IMG/VR virus record: IMGVR_UViG_3300030098_002189
Location: 1-32,339 of that record
Source of the DNA: a virus
Lineage: Duplodnaviria; Caudoviricetes
Reading direction: 5' to 3' (one strand)
DNA: 32,339 nt
This document shows positions 10,401 to 18,704 of the stretch, one piece after another. Position 1 is the stretch's first letter. Every line of letters begins with the position of its first letter. Both the position numbers and the translations under genes were made by a program. A model generated the notes under the pieces. The model made no database searches. It saw only the letters and a program-made list of their open reading frames with translations, and had not been told where the DNA came from.

Positions 10401-10615
10401 ACATTTTAGATTTAGATTTTACTAAATTAATATATGTGGATGGATGTTATTGGAGATTAAATAAAATTATTGATTATCAACCACACAAAAATCAATCTAC
10501 AAAAGTTGAACTAATTGAATGGATAGATGTAGGTGTTTTTGGTGCTACACCTCCACCAACAGTAGAAGATCCATTGAATTTTGGTGATAATCCTAACCCT
10601 TTATCAATACAATAA
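7433..10615 (+). CDS. large tail tip/hub protein (1060 aa) with an N-terminal beta-sandwich domain
   Basis: Motifs SLTFQISDIK...FSKTFKIPATKHNNKI, QIDFIKGIAHAFNL, IDWTYKLD and YWRLNKIIDY...TKVELI recur in Bacteroidota phage tail-tip proteins. Confidence 0.7.
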   Translation: MSIKLEVLDYNLSAAAGTQMLTNEEFAFTGGGWNVGYTSCPPSGGWFITANQAHFCPTLPFNQRILRNTKASGKYFEVGRRYKLEYKVGYNSAPTSGTSNFLRLYQHSNTPTASGGFEDIVLNTAAGTHTIEWTQGGSHASQVAIRILCGNGFNGYLSFVKAFPLTEVSWDQSVVGELEVGNHVDFPLSLTFQISDIKQITSTSGTFSKTFKIPATKHNNKILKNFYDSKSNFDANLSTLKKCRILVNNLYSLEGLLKVTGAGGYGSKAAFYDCVFFGNNMSWASLIEEKSLAELDWGTDIDSGTPLNCKVYEIIGNKGWLQTDCESNASHITWPITSYGDFNPDGNTATVQFLFTKTERLANTGNTSATGFNGYYGYDQFQNPYGTPLPTSDWRPAIWVKNTIDKIFNNIGYTINSNFMNTDMFKKLVWLLPNAKYNNPSERTDRYSFKARLGSANIPLQASGIAKGTVQQVRYPASGTFSGQSPTGNFSKLHWFEIEDSSTVTIDNYGCGEIGNCDPTHPTLSDWGNTVYGYRNSNGNFYVPEYGYYTIKFKDMKIIVNNLLYSGGGCTFHLHDTKVQIGVIVKTVGESVWSYQSPPAYQEHEFSPHEFDRTACTSNIQRTTKELKVDFSETIWLNKGDRVLPYIRFYHNRQHPAAAGTFYAYNMQLDGNNGSIQYLFNPDYLEWGQKFDLSKLINSEYRQIDFIKGIAHAFNLKITTDETSRQVTMEPFDDFYQSFSNAIDWTYKLDRSKTSEYKELKTGLKRKIQFNYKEDNKDGKVAAMGEQYFNAIPDVFPYEESLDTSFEKGLSVYENPFFSGTVCGSDRDMEGVSRGDGRIINSAKNAILWECNNDVNLKGRCNKGRDYKPRLLFWNKYSPNATYGQNHTKGFMVHMWVGHDKQVSANSSGSIPNPIFPVYPQATSYNRLDPDSPNLCYGNITAQTYNDSNGVVGNPVTVKGLFETYYKYMIEQFKVKPRIQTSYFDLKISDILDLDFTKLIYVDGCYWRLNKIIDYQPHKNQSTKVELIEWIDVGVFGATPPPTVEDPLNFGDNPNPLSIQ

Positions 10616-10616
10616 T

Positions 10617-11390
10617 ATGGCTGTCAAAATAGAACAACAAATAGATAGTTTAACTGGACTTCCAAACAAAGAGGGATTAACTACCAATTGTTCTTTATTT
10701 GTTTTGGGTGATGAGCATGTAGCTGAAGGTACAAATTTTCTACCAAATACCTTACATTATACAACAGAAAGATCAACTACTGCAACAGATTGGTCACTTG
10801 ATGTTGTTAGCAACACTACATATAAAGTAAATTTTTGGTTTAAATATTATACAGATGGAGGTCCTTGGGGGTCTGTAACTGCACCACTTTCTGGAAATAA
10901 TGTTATAGGTTTTAATTCAGGTAGCACCACATCACATTCTGGTATATATCAGAAATTAACAGGACTAATTGTAGGTTTTAAATATAAAGTTTTTGTTAGG
11001 TTAAGTAAATATTATCCAGTAAGTGGTTCATTATCAAGTAGTAGTGGTACTTGTTCTATAATTACTTATTATGAAAATGCAGATATATATTTAAAAAATA
11101 CTGAAGAAACTTTTACAATATTAGGTGATCCTCCAACTACATTACCTGCTAATACTCTAACATCAGAATTTACTGCACAAACATCAGAAGATATAATATT
11201 GATTGATTTTTCATCTAATGACACAGGTTCTTTTTTATTAGTTCATGAAATATCTGTTAGAAGGATTGATGAATATTTAATACCTGCACAATCATCAGAT
11301 GTAAATGATAATTTTTCTACTGTGTATAAATCTAATATACAAAATGTTTCACTAGAACAGGTTGATGATCCTGAAATACCTGAAGAATAA
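10617..11390 (+). CDS. putative tail-associated protein with a carbohydrate-binding-like fold
   Basis: ATG at 10617 lies 1 nt after the upstream stop (the track start 10581 is a GTG overlap). S/T-rich; GIYQKLTGLIVGFKYKV resembles CBM-type beta-sandwich strands. Confidence 0.5.
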   Translation: MAVKIEQQIDSLTGLPNKEGLTTNCSLFVLGDEHVAEGTNFLPNTLHYTTERSTTATDWSLDVVSNTTYKVNFWFKYYTDGGPWGSVTAPLSGNNVIGFNSGSTTSHSGIYQKLTGLIVGFKYKVFVRLSKYYPVSGSLSSSSGTCSIITYYENADIYLKNTEETFTILGDPPTTLPANTLTSEFTAQTSEDIILIDFSSNDTGSFLLVHEISVRRIDEYLIPAQSSDVNDNFSTVYKSNIQNVSLEQVDDPEIPEE

Positions 11391-11887
11391 TGAAATTTAA
11401 ACACACAAATAGAACATTACATGAAGTAGGTAAGATGCTTAGAAAAGGTCTTAAGCAAGAACTTATTGACCAAAAGCATGTTGCTAGTCGTAAATTAATA
11501 GATGGTATAAGATACCATGTAGGTGGAGATAATGTTTTAAATGTGCGTTCTTCTGTAAGTTATTGGAAAGCTGTAAATAATCCTAAATTTGCACAAACAC
11601 CAAATCTACCTGCAATAAAAAAATGGGCAAGGCATAAAGGATTACCTTTAAGAGCAGCAGCACCTATATTTAAAAAACTAAAAGAAAGAGGTTATGGTAA
11701 ACCATACGTTTACTGGTCAGAAGGTAATAGGTTGAGAAGAACAGATTTTGCAGGTCATACTGTAAGAAAACACAAAGATAATATTGTAAACAAATTAGCA
11801 CCATCAATTGGTGTAGATGTAGCAAACATGATGAGTGAAATAATTAGAAAAAATAATCCAAAAACAACAGTTGTAGAACAATTTTAA
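11390..11887 (+). CDS. putative neck/tail completion protein (HK97 gp10-like)
   Basis: Basic 165-aa protein with ASRKL..I and P...IKKW...KG motifs, directly upstream of the tape measure gene. Confidence 0.55.
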   Translation: MKFKHTNRTLHEVGKMLRKGLKQELIDQKHVASRKLIDGIRYHVGGDNVLNVRSSVSYWKAVNNPKFAQTPNLPAIKKWARHKGLPLRAAAPIFKKLKERGYGKPYVYWSEGNRLRRTDFAGHTVRKHKDNIVNKLAPSIGVDVANMMSEIIRKNNPKTTVVEQF

Positions 11888-11899
11888 TATATAATATAT

Positions 11900-14557
11900 A
11901 TGTCAAATACAGAAAAAATAATAGTTCAGGTTCAGGTCAAAGGACAAAGAGATTTAGATAATCTTAGCAAAACAACTAAAAAAGCAAGTAGGAGTGCAGG
12001 TGATTTGACAAAAGGTTTTGGCAGGATGGCTGCAGGGATAACATCTGCCGTAGTTGCTTTTAGAACAATAAATCAAGTCATAGGTGGTTCTATAAGATCT
12101 TTTAGAGATTTTGAATTTCAAATGGCTAAGGTTAGAGCAGTTACAAGTGCATCAGATAAAGATTTTAAATTACTTAGTGATACTGCAAAAGATTTAGGTC
12201 GTTCTACATTCTTTACTGCTCAACAGGTTTCTGAACTACAAACTAACTTTGGTAAATTAGGTTTTTCTACACAAGAAATATTAGATGCTCAAGAAGCAAC
12301 TCTTTTATTAGCAACAGCTACTGATACAGACTTAGCAAGAGCAGCGATAGTAGCAGGTGCAAGTGTTAGAGGTTTTGGGTTAGATGCAGAAGAAACAGGA
12401 AGAATAGTTGATGTGATGGCAGTAGCTTTTAGATCATCTGCTTTAGATATAGAAAAGTTCCAAACATCTATGACAAAGGTTGCTCCTATTGCAGCAGGAG
12501 CAGGTATATCTATGGAGTCAACTACTGCAGTAATGGCTTCTTTAACAGATGCAGGTATTGAAGCATCTATTGCAGGTACATCTTTGAGAAATATTTTCTT
12601 AAAAATGCAAGACTCATCATCTGATTTGTCAAAACATTTAGGTTTTACAGTAAACAGTTCAGATGATTTACAAAGAGCATTAACATTATTAAACTCTCAA
12701 GCACTAGACAATGAGGAGATTATGGGTCTGGTAGATATAAGACAAGTTGCTGCTTTTAGAACAATGATAGAGGGTTCTGATAGAATTAAAAATCTTACAA
12801 CAGATTTTAATGCTGCATCTGGAGAAGCAAGAAGAATGGCTAATATTGTTGGAGATACTTTAGAGGGTTCATTCAAAAGATTAAGGTCTGCAACTGAAGG
12901 TTTAGCCATAGAGTTAACACAAAAATTAGGAGGGGGATTACAAGATCTTGTAGATAAACTAGCTGACTTTTTTAATAGATTAACAGACAATTCTGATGGT
13001 TTAGTAAGATTGATTAGAAATATAGTACAGGTAACTAAATTTTTAGGTATATATGCTGCAGGATTAGCTACTGTTAGGGTGGCTACATTAGCATACAATG
13101 CTGTAACTTTTTTAGCAACAAATGCAACAAAATTATTTACAAAAGCATTAGCAAGAACAGGTATTGGTCTTGCAGTAATAGCACTAGGAAGTTTAATTGC
13201 AAAATTCACAGGTTTAGGAAAAGAAACAGATGAAGCAACAAAAAAACTTAAAGAGTTTGAAGAAGCACAAGCAAAAATATTAAAGAGAAATGAAAGATTT
13301 GATAGATTAATAAATCAACAAGTTGGAAATTCTATAGCGCAATCTAAAAAAATAATTGAAAATTTAAAGTTTGAAAAAGCAAAAAGAGAAGCTGTCTTAA
13401 TAGCAGCAAAAAAAGGTGCTACAGAATTAAATGATGAACAAAAAAAATTATTTGAAGATGAAATAAGAAGATTAAAAGAAAGGATAAGATTAGAAAAAAT
13501 AAATGGTCAAGAATTAGTTAAAAATAAAAAACAAGAAACAACTGCTGCTAGGTCTTTAATAGTTGAGCAAGAAAAATTATTAGATTTAGCAAACAGGATG
13601 CCAGAAACTACAGAAGCTGAAATTGCTGTAAAAAATAAAAAAATACAAAGTATAGAAGCAGAAATTGATAGATTAAAAAATCTAGGGATAGAACAAGAAA
13701 AGGTTAACAAGGCAAAAAGAGCAGAATTAGATGTTGATTTAGAACTTTTAGATTTTAAATCAGGTCAAATGAGAGAGGGAAATCTATCAGAACAACAAGC
13801 AGCAGAAGTCAGGCGAGAACTTATACAACAAGAAATTGATGACTCAAAAAGGTTGTTAGAACAATTAGTTATATCTGGAGAGCAAAGAGAGTTTTTAATG
13901 GCTAAAATAGTTCAGTTAGAAAAAGAATTAGGACAACAATCTTCAGAAGATAAAAAAGCAAGATTAGAAGAAGATATTGTAACTGCAGCACTATCTGGTA
14001 AAAATGCAGAAGAATCTGTAAAATCAGTTATAAGAGCATATATAATGGAATCTATAGCAGGACATATTAGAAGTATTATGACAAACCCTTTAATACCATT
14101 TCCAATAAATTTAGCATTAGCAGCAGGTGCAGGTATAGCTGTTGGTCAATTAGTAGACAAAGGTCTTTCATCAGTAAAATTTGCAAAAGGTGGTACAGTA
14201 GAAGAATTTGCAAATGGAGGTATGGTTCATGGTAAGTCACATGCTTTTGGTGGTGAGAAGTTTGCAGTAGGTGGTAGAGTGGTAGAACTAGAAGGAGGGG
14301 AAGCAGTAATAAACAAAAGAAGTACAGCAATGTTTAAAGGTCAATTATCAGCAATGAACGCAGCAGGAGGAGGTGTTAAGTTTGCAGATGGTGGTCTTTT
14401 AAATATGCCATCATTTACACAACAACAATTTAATGCTGTAGGTCAAAATCAAATGATGGGTGCTGTAAGTCAAGGTAGTAAAGTTGTTGTGGTTGAATCA
14501 GATATAACTCAAGCACAACAATCAGTAAGTGTGATAGAATCACAAGTAACATTTTAA
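11900..14557 (+). CDS. tail tape measure protein (TP901-family core)
   Basis: FEFQMAKVRAV, AKDLGRST.FTAQQV, G..ASIAGTSLRN and DTLEGS motifs; hydrophobic segments, coiled coil and C-terminal FAxGG motifs. Confidence 0.93.
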   Translation: MSNTEKIIVQVQVKGQRDLDNLSKTTKKASRSAGDLTKGFGRMAAGITSAVVAFRTINQVIGGSIRSFRDFEFQMAKVRAVTSASDKDFKLLSDTAKDLGRSTFFTAQQVSELQTNFGKLGFSTQEILDAQEATLLLATATDTDLARAAIVAGASVRGFGLDAEETGRIVDVMAVAFRSSALDIEKFQTSMTKVAPIAAGAGISMESTTAVMASLTDAGIEASIAGTSLRNIFLKMQDSSSDLSKHLGFTVNSSDDLQRALTLLNSQALDNEEIMGLVDIRQVAAFRTMIEGSDRIKNLTTDFNAASGEARRMANIVGDTLEGSFKRLRSATEGLAIELTQKLGGGLQDLVDKLADFFNRLTDNSDGLVRLIRNIVQVTKFLGIYAAGLATVRVATLAYNAVTFLATNATKLFTKALARTGIGLAVIALGSLIAKFTGLGKETDEATKKLKEFEEAQAKILKRNERFDRLINQQVGNSIAQSKKIIENLKFEKAKREAVLIAAKKGATELNDEQKKLFEDEIRRLKERIRLEKINGQELVKNKKQETTAARSLIVEQEKLLDLANRMPETTEAEIAVKNKKIQSIEAEIDRLKNLGIEQEKVNKAKRAELDVDLELLDFKSGQMREGNLSEQQAAEVRRELIQQEIDDSKRLLEQLVISGEQREFLMAKIVQLEKELGQQSSEDKKARLEEDIVTAALSGKNAEESVKSVIRAYIMESIAGHIRSIMTNPLIPFPINLALAAGAGIAVGQLVDKGLSSVKFAKGGTVEEFANGGMVHGKSHAFGGEKFAVGGRVVELEGGEAVINKRSTAMFKGQLSAMNAAGGGVKFADGGLLNMPSFTQQQFNAVGQNQMMGAVSQGSKVVVVESDITQAQQSVSVIESQVTF

Positions 14558-14570
14558 AACTAAAACAAAT

Positions 14571-14786
14571 ATGGAAGAAATATTTAAAATTATTGAAAGT
14601 TATGGGTTAACATTAGTTTTACTTATAGGTGCATTGTATGCATTATATAAATTTTTCTTTTTTAGTATTCATGAGGTTAAAAATACATTTTCAAAACATC
14701 ATGAGAAAAATGCAGAAAACATGCAACAACTAAAAGAAAAAATTAACATCATACTAGAGTTTATTAAAAATTATAAAAAAAATTAA
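14571..14786 (+). CDS. small membrane protein (one TM helix plus a coiled-coil tail)
   Basis: Hydrophobic YGLTLVLLIGALYALYKFFFF; good A-rich start context. Confidence 0.65.
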   Translation: MEEIFKIIESYGLTLVLLIGALYALYKFFFFSIHEVKNTFSKHHEKNAENMQQLKEKINIILEFIKNYKKN

Positions 14787-14789
14787 CAA

Positions 14790-14984
14790 ATGTTTGTGGA
14801 TAAAAAAACAAAATTAGAGAGATTAGCTATTTGTAAAAGTTGTAATATGTACAGAAACTTTTTATTATTAAAAAGACCAATAATTCACAGAGGTGCAAGA
14901 TGTGCAGAATGTATGTGTTTTTTAGATGCAAAAACATCTTTAACCAAAGAATTTTTTGGAAAGTGTCCTTTACATAAATGGTAA
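14790..14984 (+). CDS. small Cys-rich protein (DUF6171-like)
   Basis: RLAICKSC...CAECMCFL.AKT....CP..KW pattern. Confidence 0.6.
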   Translation: MFVDKKTKLERLAICKSCNMYRNFLLLKRPIIHRGARCAECMCFLDAKTSLTKEFFGKCPLHKW

Positions 14985-14994
14985 ACAATTACAT

Positions 14995-15288
14995 ATGGAT
15001 TTTAAACAAATAGCAAAAAATTACAACAAAAACAAAAGAGAAATGATAGAAAATGCTGTTTCTAAAAACAGACATAACATAAATAATTTTTCTAAATATA
15101 ATGCAGTTGCATTAGATATTATGTTTGCAGAATGGCATGTTCTATTTCCTTCTCATAAACAAGATTTAAATTGCAGTTCTTGTAGAAAAGCAGTAGTAAA
15201 ATTTTGGGAAACAATAGCAGAGGAGTGGAAAACAACAAAAAACAAAAAAACTAAAACTGTTGGCTCAAAAAAAACAAAGACAAAATAA
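14995..15288 (+). CDS. hypothetical protein with a CxxC motif
   Basis: ATG at 14995 after the upstream stop is preferred over the track start 14956. Contains LNCSSCRK. Confidence 0.65.
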   Translation: MDFKQIAKNYNKNKREMIENAVSKNRHNINNFSKYNAVALDIMFAEWHVLFPSHKQDLNCSSCRKAVVKFWETIAEEWKTTKNKKTKTVGSKKTKTK

Positions 15289-15592
15289 CGTAGAAGTAGT
15301 TTATGATTACATTGAAACTGTTGGTGTAGAACTAGAAAAAAGATTTGGCGATTCACCTACTTGTAAAGACATGATTAGACATCTAGTTGAAAGGGGTATT
15401 ATAGAACCAAAAAGAGTTAGAAACTACATGATTATTGTCGATTTTGATAGAATGTTAGTCACCAACAAAGGTAACAGAACTTGCACTTTTATGGATCTGT
15501 CTATTAAATATGAAATAAGCGAAAGTCAAGCACAGAATATTGTTTACAAAGAAAGAAAAAAGTCTGTAACTATCAATAATATATCTTACTAA
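15260..15592 (+). CDS. putative DNA-binding protein with a C-terminal Mor-like helix-turn-helix
   Basis: RN..I..DF and DLSIKYEISESQAQNIVYK resemble the Mor/C-family C-terminal HTH. Lies directly before the head-gene promoter. Confidence 0.5.
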   Translation: MAQKKQRQNNVEVVYDYIETVGVELEKRFGDSPTCKDMIRHLVERGIIEPKRVRNYMIIVDFDRMLVTNKGNRTCTFMDLSIKYEISESQAQNIVYKERKKSVTINNISY

Positions 15593-15604
15593 AAGTTTTG
15601 TACA

Positions 15605-15644
15605 TAAATTAGGTAAGTATAAAATAGATTAAAATCTATTTTTG
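15605..15644 (+). promoter_or_regulatory. candidate late promoter for the head operon
   Basis: TAAATTAGG (15605-15613), 23 nt, TATTTTTG (15637-15644). ATG follows after a 5-nt gap. Confidence 0.65.
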
Positions 15645-15649
15645 TATTT

Positions 15650-16684
15650 ATGAAAAACAACTGGTATAACATTCAAAATAAAGCAAATAAAGTTGCCGAA
15701 GTTTACATATTTGATGAGATAGGTTCGCATGGTGTAACTGCTCAAAAATTTATAGAAGAAATCAAAGGTTTAGGAGATAGACCAATCAATATACGAATAA
15801 ACAGTTTAGGTGGTGATGTTTTTAATGGCATGGCTATTCATAACGTACTAAAGAAAAGAACTTACAACACAACTGTATATATTGAAGGTATAGCTGCTAG
15901 TATAGCAACAATTATTGCACTTGGTGCAGATGAGGTTATAATGGCAGAAAATTCTTTATTTATGATACACAATGCGTGGGGAGGTGTTATGGGTGATGCA
16001 AAAGAAATGCGTAAATCTGCTGCTACACTTGAGAAAATATCTAACGAACTAACAGAAATATATGTAAAAAAGACAGGACTGTCATATGAAGCTATTTCAG
16101 AAATGATGGATAATGAAACTTGGTTGAGTGCAGATGAAGCGTATGAACTTGGCTTTGTAGATAGTATTTCAGATGCTATGAAGATTGCTGCTAAGTATGA
16201 TGTATCTAAATTTAAGAACATCACAAACGAGGAAATTCAAAACAAATTTAATAATAACATAAAAAACAAAAAAATGACTAACGAGTTAAAAGAATGGTTC
16301 AATAGTAAAGTCGAAGAAATTGTTGCAGCAGTAAAGTCTGATGTAAAGGTTTCTGAAGAAGTTGCTAATGACACAGAGATAACTGTTAATCTTGGAGATA
16401 ATGATGAAATTAAAAATAAAATTTCTGATTTTGAAGCTAAGAACATAGAGTTATCAGAAAAAATTACTTCATTAGAAAATGAATTAGTTAATGCTAAGGG
16501 CAGTAACGAAACTCTAACTAACGAAGTAGAAGCGTTAAACGCAAAAATCAACAAAGCAGATGCTAAAGGTACTGAAATAGAAACTGATGGTGACCCTGCA
16601 GTAGTTGAAAACAAAAAAGAAGATGCTAATGCAGGTTTTTATAATGCAATGGCTGAAAGAATAAGATTAAAATTTAATAACTAA
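15650..16684 (+). CDS. ClpP-like prohead protease with a C-terminal scaffold coiled coil
   Basis: INSLGGDV, AASIAT (catalytic Ser), MIHNAW (His) and ETWLSADEA..GFVD. C-terminal ~135 aa are acidic coiled coil. Confidence 0.92.
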   Translation: MKNNWYNIQNKANKVAEVYIFDEIGSHGVTAQKFIEEIKGLGDRPINIRINSLGGDVFNGMAIHNVLKKRTYNTTVYIEGIAASIATIIALGADEVIMAENSLFMIHNAWGGVMGDAKEMRKSAATLEKISNELTEIYVKKTGLSYEAISEMMDNETWLSADEAYELGFVDSISDAMKIAAKYDVSKFKNITNEEIQNKFNNNIKNKKMTNELKEWFNSKVEEIVAAVKSDVKVSEEVANDTEITVNLGDNDEIKNKISDFEAKNIELSEKITSLENELVNAKGSNETLTNEVEALNAKINKADAKGTEIETDGDPAVVENKKEDANAGFYNAMAERIRLKFNN

Positions 16685-16697
16685 AAAATAATAAAAA

Positions 16698-17708
16698 ATG
16701 GCAAACGTAGCAAATAAAGGAACATTCGCTTCTTATTCAGGTGCGAATTTAAACGAAATATTTTATGAGCCAGTATTTAGAAGTGATGATATTATGAGTA
16801 ACTATAGGGTTATTCCTAATGTAAAACATAAAATGAATGTTTACACTTCTGATGCTCTTACTAAAATAACACAAAAGTACACAGCTTGTTCTTCTTCTAG
16901 TGGTTCAACACAATTTGATATAGATCAAAAAACTATTGAAGCAGGTAGAATGAGAGTGGCTTTAGAGCAATGTACTGATGAGTTCTTTGGAACTTACATT
17001 GAAGAAATGTACAAGAATGGTGCAGATGTAATGAATCTTGAGGGTACTCAATTAGCAGATGCGATTGTAAATCGTGCTGTAAAAGGTATTGCACAAGATG
17101 TTGTTAGATTAGCTTGGGGTGGAGACAACTCTACTGCAAACTATCAAGGAGTAACAGGATGGATGAAATTAATGGGTGATGATGCAACTGTAGAAGGTGC
17201 AAAAAGAGCAGTTACTGCTGTTTCATCTGCAGCACCAACTGCAGCAGAAGCACTTACTGCAATAAGGAGAGCATATGATGAAGCACCTGCAGCTTTACAA
17301 CAAGTACCTGCAAATGAGAAGAAGATTTTTATAACTCCAATCTTATATAACGCATACTTACAAAACTTAGAAGGAACTTCTGCTGATTTAGCAATAACTA
17401 ACCAAGCTGATGGTGTATTAGTAGTTAAGTTTAGAGGAGTTGAGTTAGTACCTATGTATGAGTGGGATACTATTTTAGCTGATTTAAACCCAACTATGTT
17501 TGATATTTCAGGTACTGATTATACACAAGGGTTGTGTTACTGTGCAGTAGATAACCTAGTAATAGGTTCTGATGTTACTGATCCAGAAGGTGCATTTAAA
17601 GTATTCTATGATGATTTAGAAGAAAAAATGTTCTTTAGAGGTTACTTTAAGTTAGGTGTACAATTTATGTACCCTTCACTTGTACAATGGGTAATAATTA
17701 AGCAGTAA
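16698..17708 (+). CDS. major capsid protein
   Basis: 336 aa directly after protease/scaffold, with a strong A-rich start and a downstream terminator. IPNVK.K and F.GV.L motifs are typical of HK97-fold Bacteroidota phage capsid proteins. Confidence 0.85.
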   Translation: MANVANKGTFASYSGANLNEIFYEPVFRSDDIMSNYRVIPNVKHKMNVYTSDALTKITQKYTACSSSSGSTQFDIDQKTIEAGRMRVALEQCTDEFFGTYIEEMYKNGADVMNLEGTQLADAIVNRAVKGIAQDVVRLAWGGDNSTANYQGVTGWMKLMGDDATVEGAKRAVTAVSSAAPTAAEALTAIRRAYDEAPAALQQVPANEKKIFITPILYNAYLQNLEGTSADLAITNQADGVLVVKFRGVELVPMYEWDTILADLNPTMFDISGTDYTQGLCYCAVDNLVIGSDVTDPEGAFKVFYDDLEEKMFFRGYFKLGVQFMYPSLVQWVIIKQ

Positions 17709-17721
17709 TTAGAATAATAAC

Positions 17722-17750
17722 AGAGGGGGTGTTAAATCCCCCTCTTATTT
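17722..17750 (+). terminator. intrinsic terminator after the capsid gene
   Basis: Perfect 8-bp stem agaggggg/ccccctct with an 8-nt loop and a weak tattt tail, so probably partial read-through. Confidence 0.75.
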
Positions 17751-17774
17751 AATAATCAATAAAAAAACAATAAT

Positions 17775-18353
17775 ATGGCAATAGATACAGGTTTAGCAAT
17801 ACAATGTGCAGATTTACAATCTACTGGTGGGATTACTCAAATATGCTTGAGAAGTTTTGCTGCAGGAGATACTGCTACAGTAGATGCAACTGCCGATACA
17901 CATGGTTATTCTAGTATAGGAAATGGAGGTGGTACAGCTAGTTGGTTTGTATATGAGTTTAAAAATGAAACTCCTACTTTAAATATAACTGCAACAAAAG
18001 AAAATGGTTCTACTGCTTTCGAATGTGCGTTATCTTTTAGTTTACCAAGAATGAACGATCCTAAGTTTCATGAATTACAAAAGATGCTTAATGAGTGTAT
18101 GATGGCAATTGTAACTGACACAAATGGTACAAATTTTGTTGTAGGTTTAAGTGAGAGATTTAGAAATGAAGATGTTTTACTAAAAAATCAAACTTTCTTA
18201 AATCTTGCAGGTATGGAGGGAACTACTGGTGCAGCGTATAGTGATGAGAATATGATAACTATTAATTTAGTAGCAAGACAATTTGAGTTACCAAGATTAT
18301 ACTCTGGTACTTTGACTGTCGACACTTCAGCTTTAACAGCAACTACTACTTAA
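17775..18353 (+). CDS. probable major tail (tube) protein
   Basis: 192 aa, T/A/G-rich. C....GGI, FVYE, ENGS..F and IV.D.NG..FVVG motifs are seen in Bacteroidota siphovirus tail tube genes. Confidence 0.65.
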   Translation: MAIDTGLAIQCADLQSTGGITQICLRSFAAGDTATVDATADTHGYSSIGNGGGTASWFVYEFKNETPTLNITATKENGSTAFECALSFSLPRMNDPKFHELQKMLNECMMAIVTDTNGTNFVVGLSERFRNEDVLLKNQTFLNLAGMEGTTGAAYSDENMITINLVARQFELPRLYSGTLTVDTSALTATTT

Positions 18354-18362
18354 TATAAAATT

Positions 18363-18432
18363 AAGATATAATAATAGGTTGAACTTTGTTCGTAAAAGTA
18401 TTAACCTTCTCCTATTAATATCTTTTTTTTTG
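18363..18432 (+). terminator. structured terminator/attenuator after the tail tube gene
   Basis: aagatat/atatctt and taatagg/cctatta stems enclose a gaac/gttc hairpin and are followed by a long T-run. Confidence 0.5.
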
Positions 18433-18434
18433 AA

Positions 18435-18704
18435 ATGTGTGATTGTAACAATAATATAGTAAATTCACAACATTTAAAAATATATACAATAATGGCAAAA
18501 TATAAAGCAGTATTATCATCTGGAGTTTCTTATAAAGGTGATTTTAAAATAAAATGGTCAACAGCAAGTCAAGAAGAATTAGCTTATGCTTATGAAGATT
18601 TAGGCATGACTGATTTAGTAGAAAAAATATCAACTACAACTAAAAAAGATGAGCCAAAGAAAAAAAGCAGTAAAAAGTCAAGTAAAAACAAATCAAAAGA
18701 CTAA
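18435..18704 (+). CDS. small hypothetical protein with a Lys-rich tail (alternative ATG at 18492)
   Basis: Open frame between the tail tube and portal genes. ASQEELAYAYE.LG core. Confidence 0.6.
   Translation: MCDCNNNIVNSQHLKIYTIMAKYKAVLSSGVSYKGDFKIKWSTASQEELAYAYEDLGMTDLVEKISTTTKKDEPKKKSSKKSSKNKSKD

Noticed and set aside
5510-10615. Diversity-generating retroelement or phase-variable tail fibre system
   Set aside because: No reverse transcriptase, invertase or template/variable repeat pair was seen.
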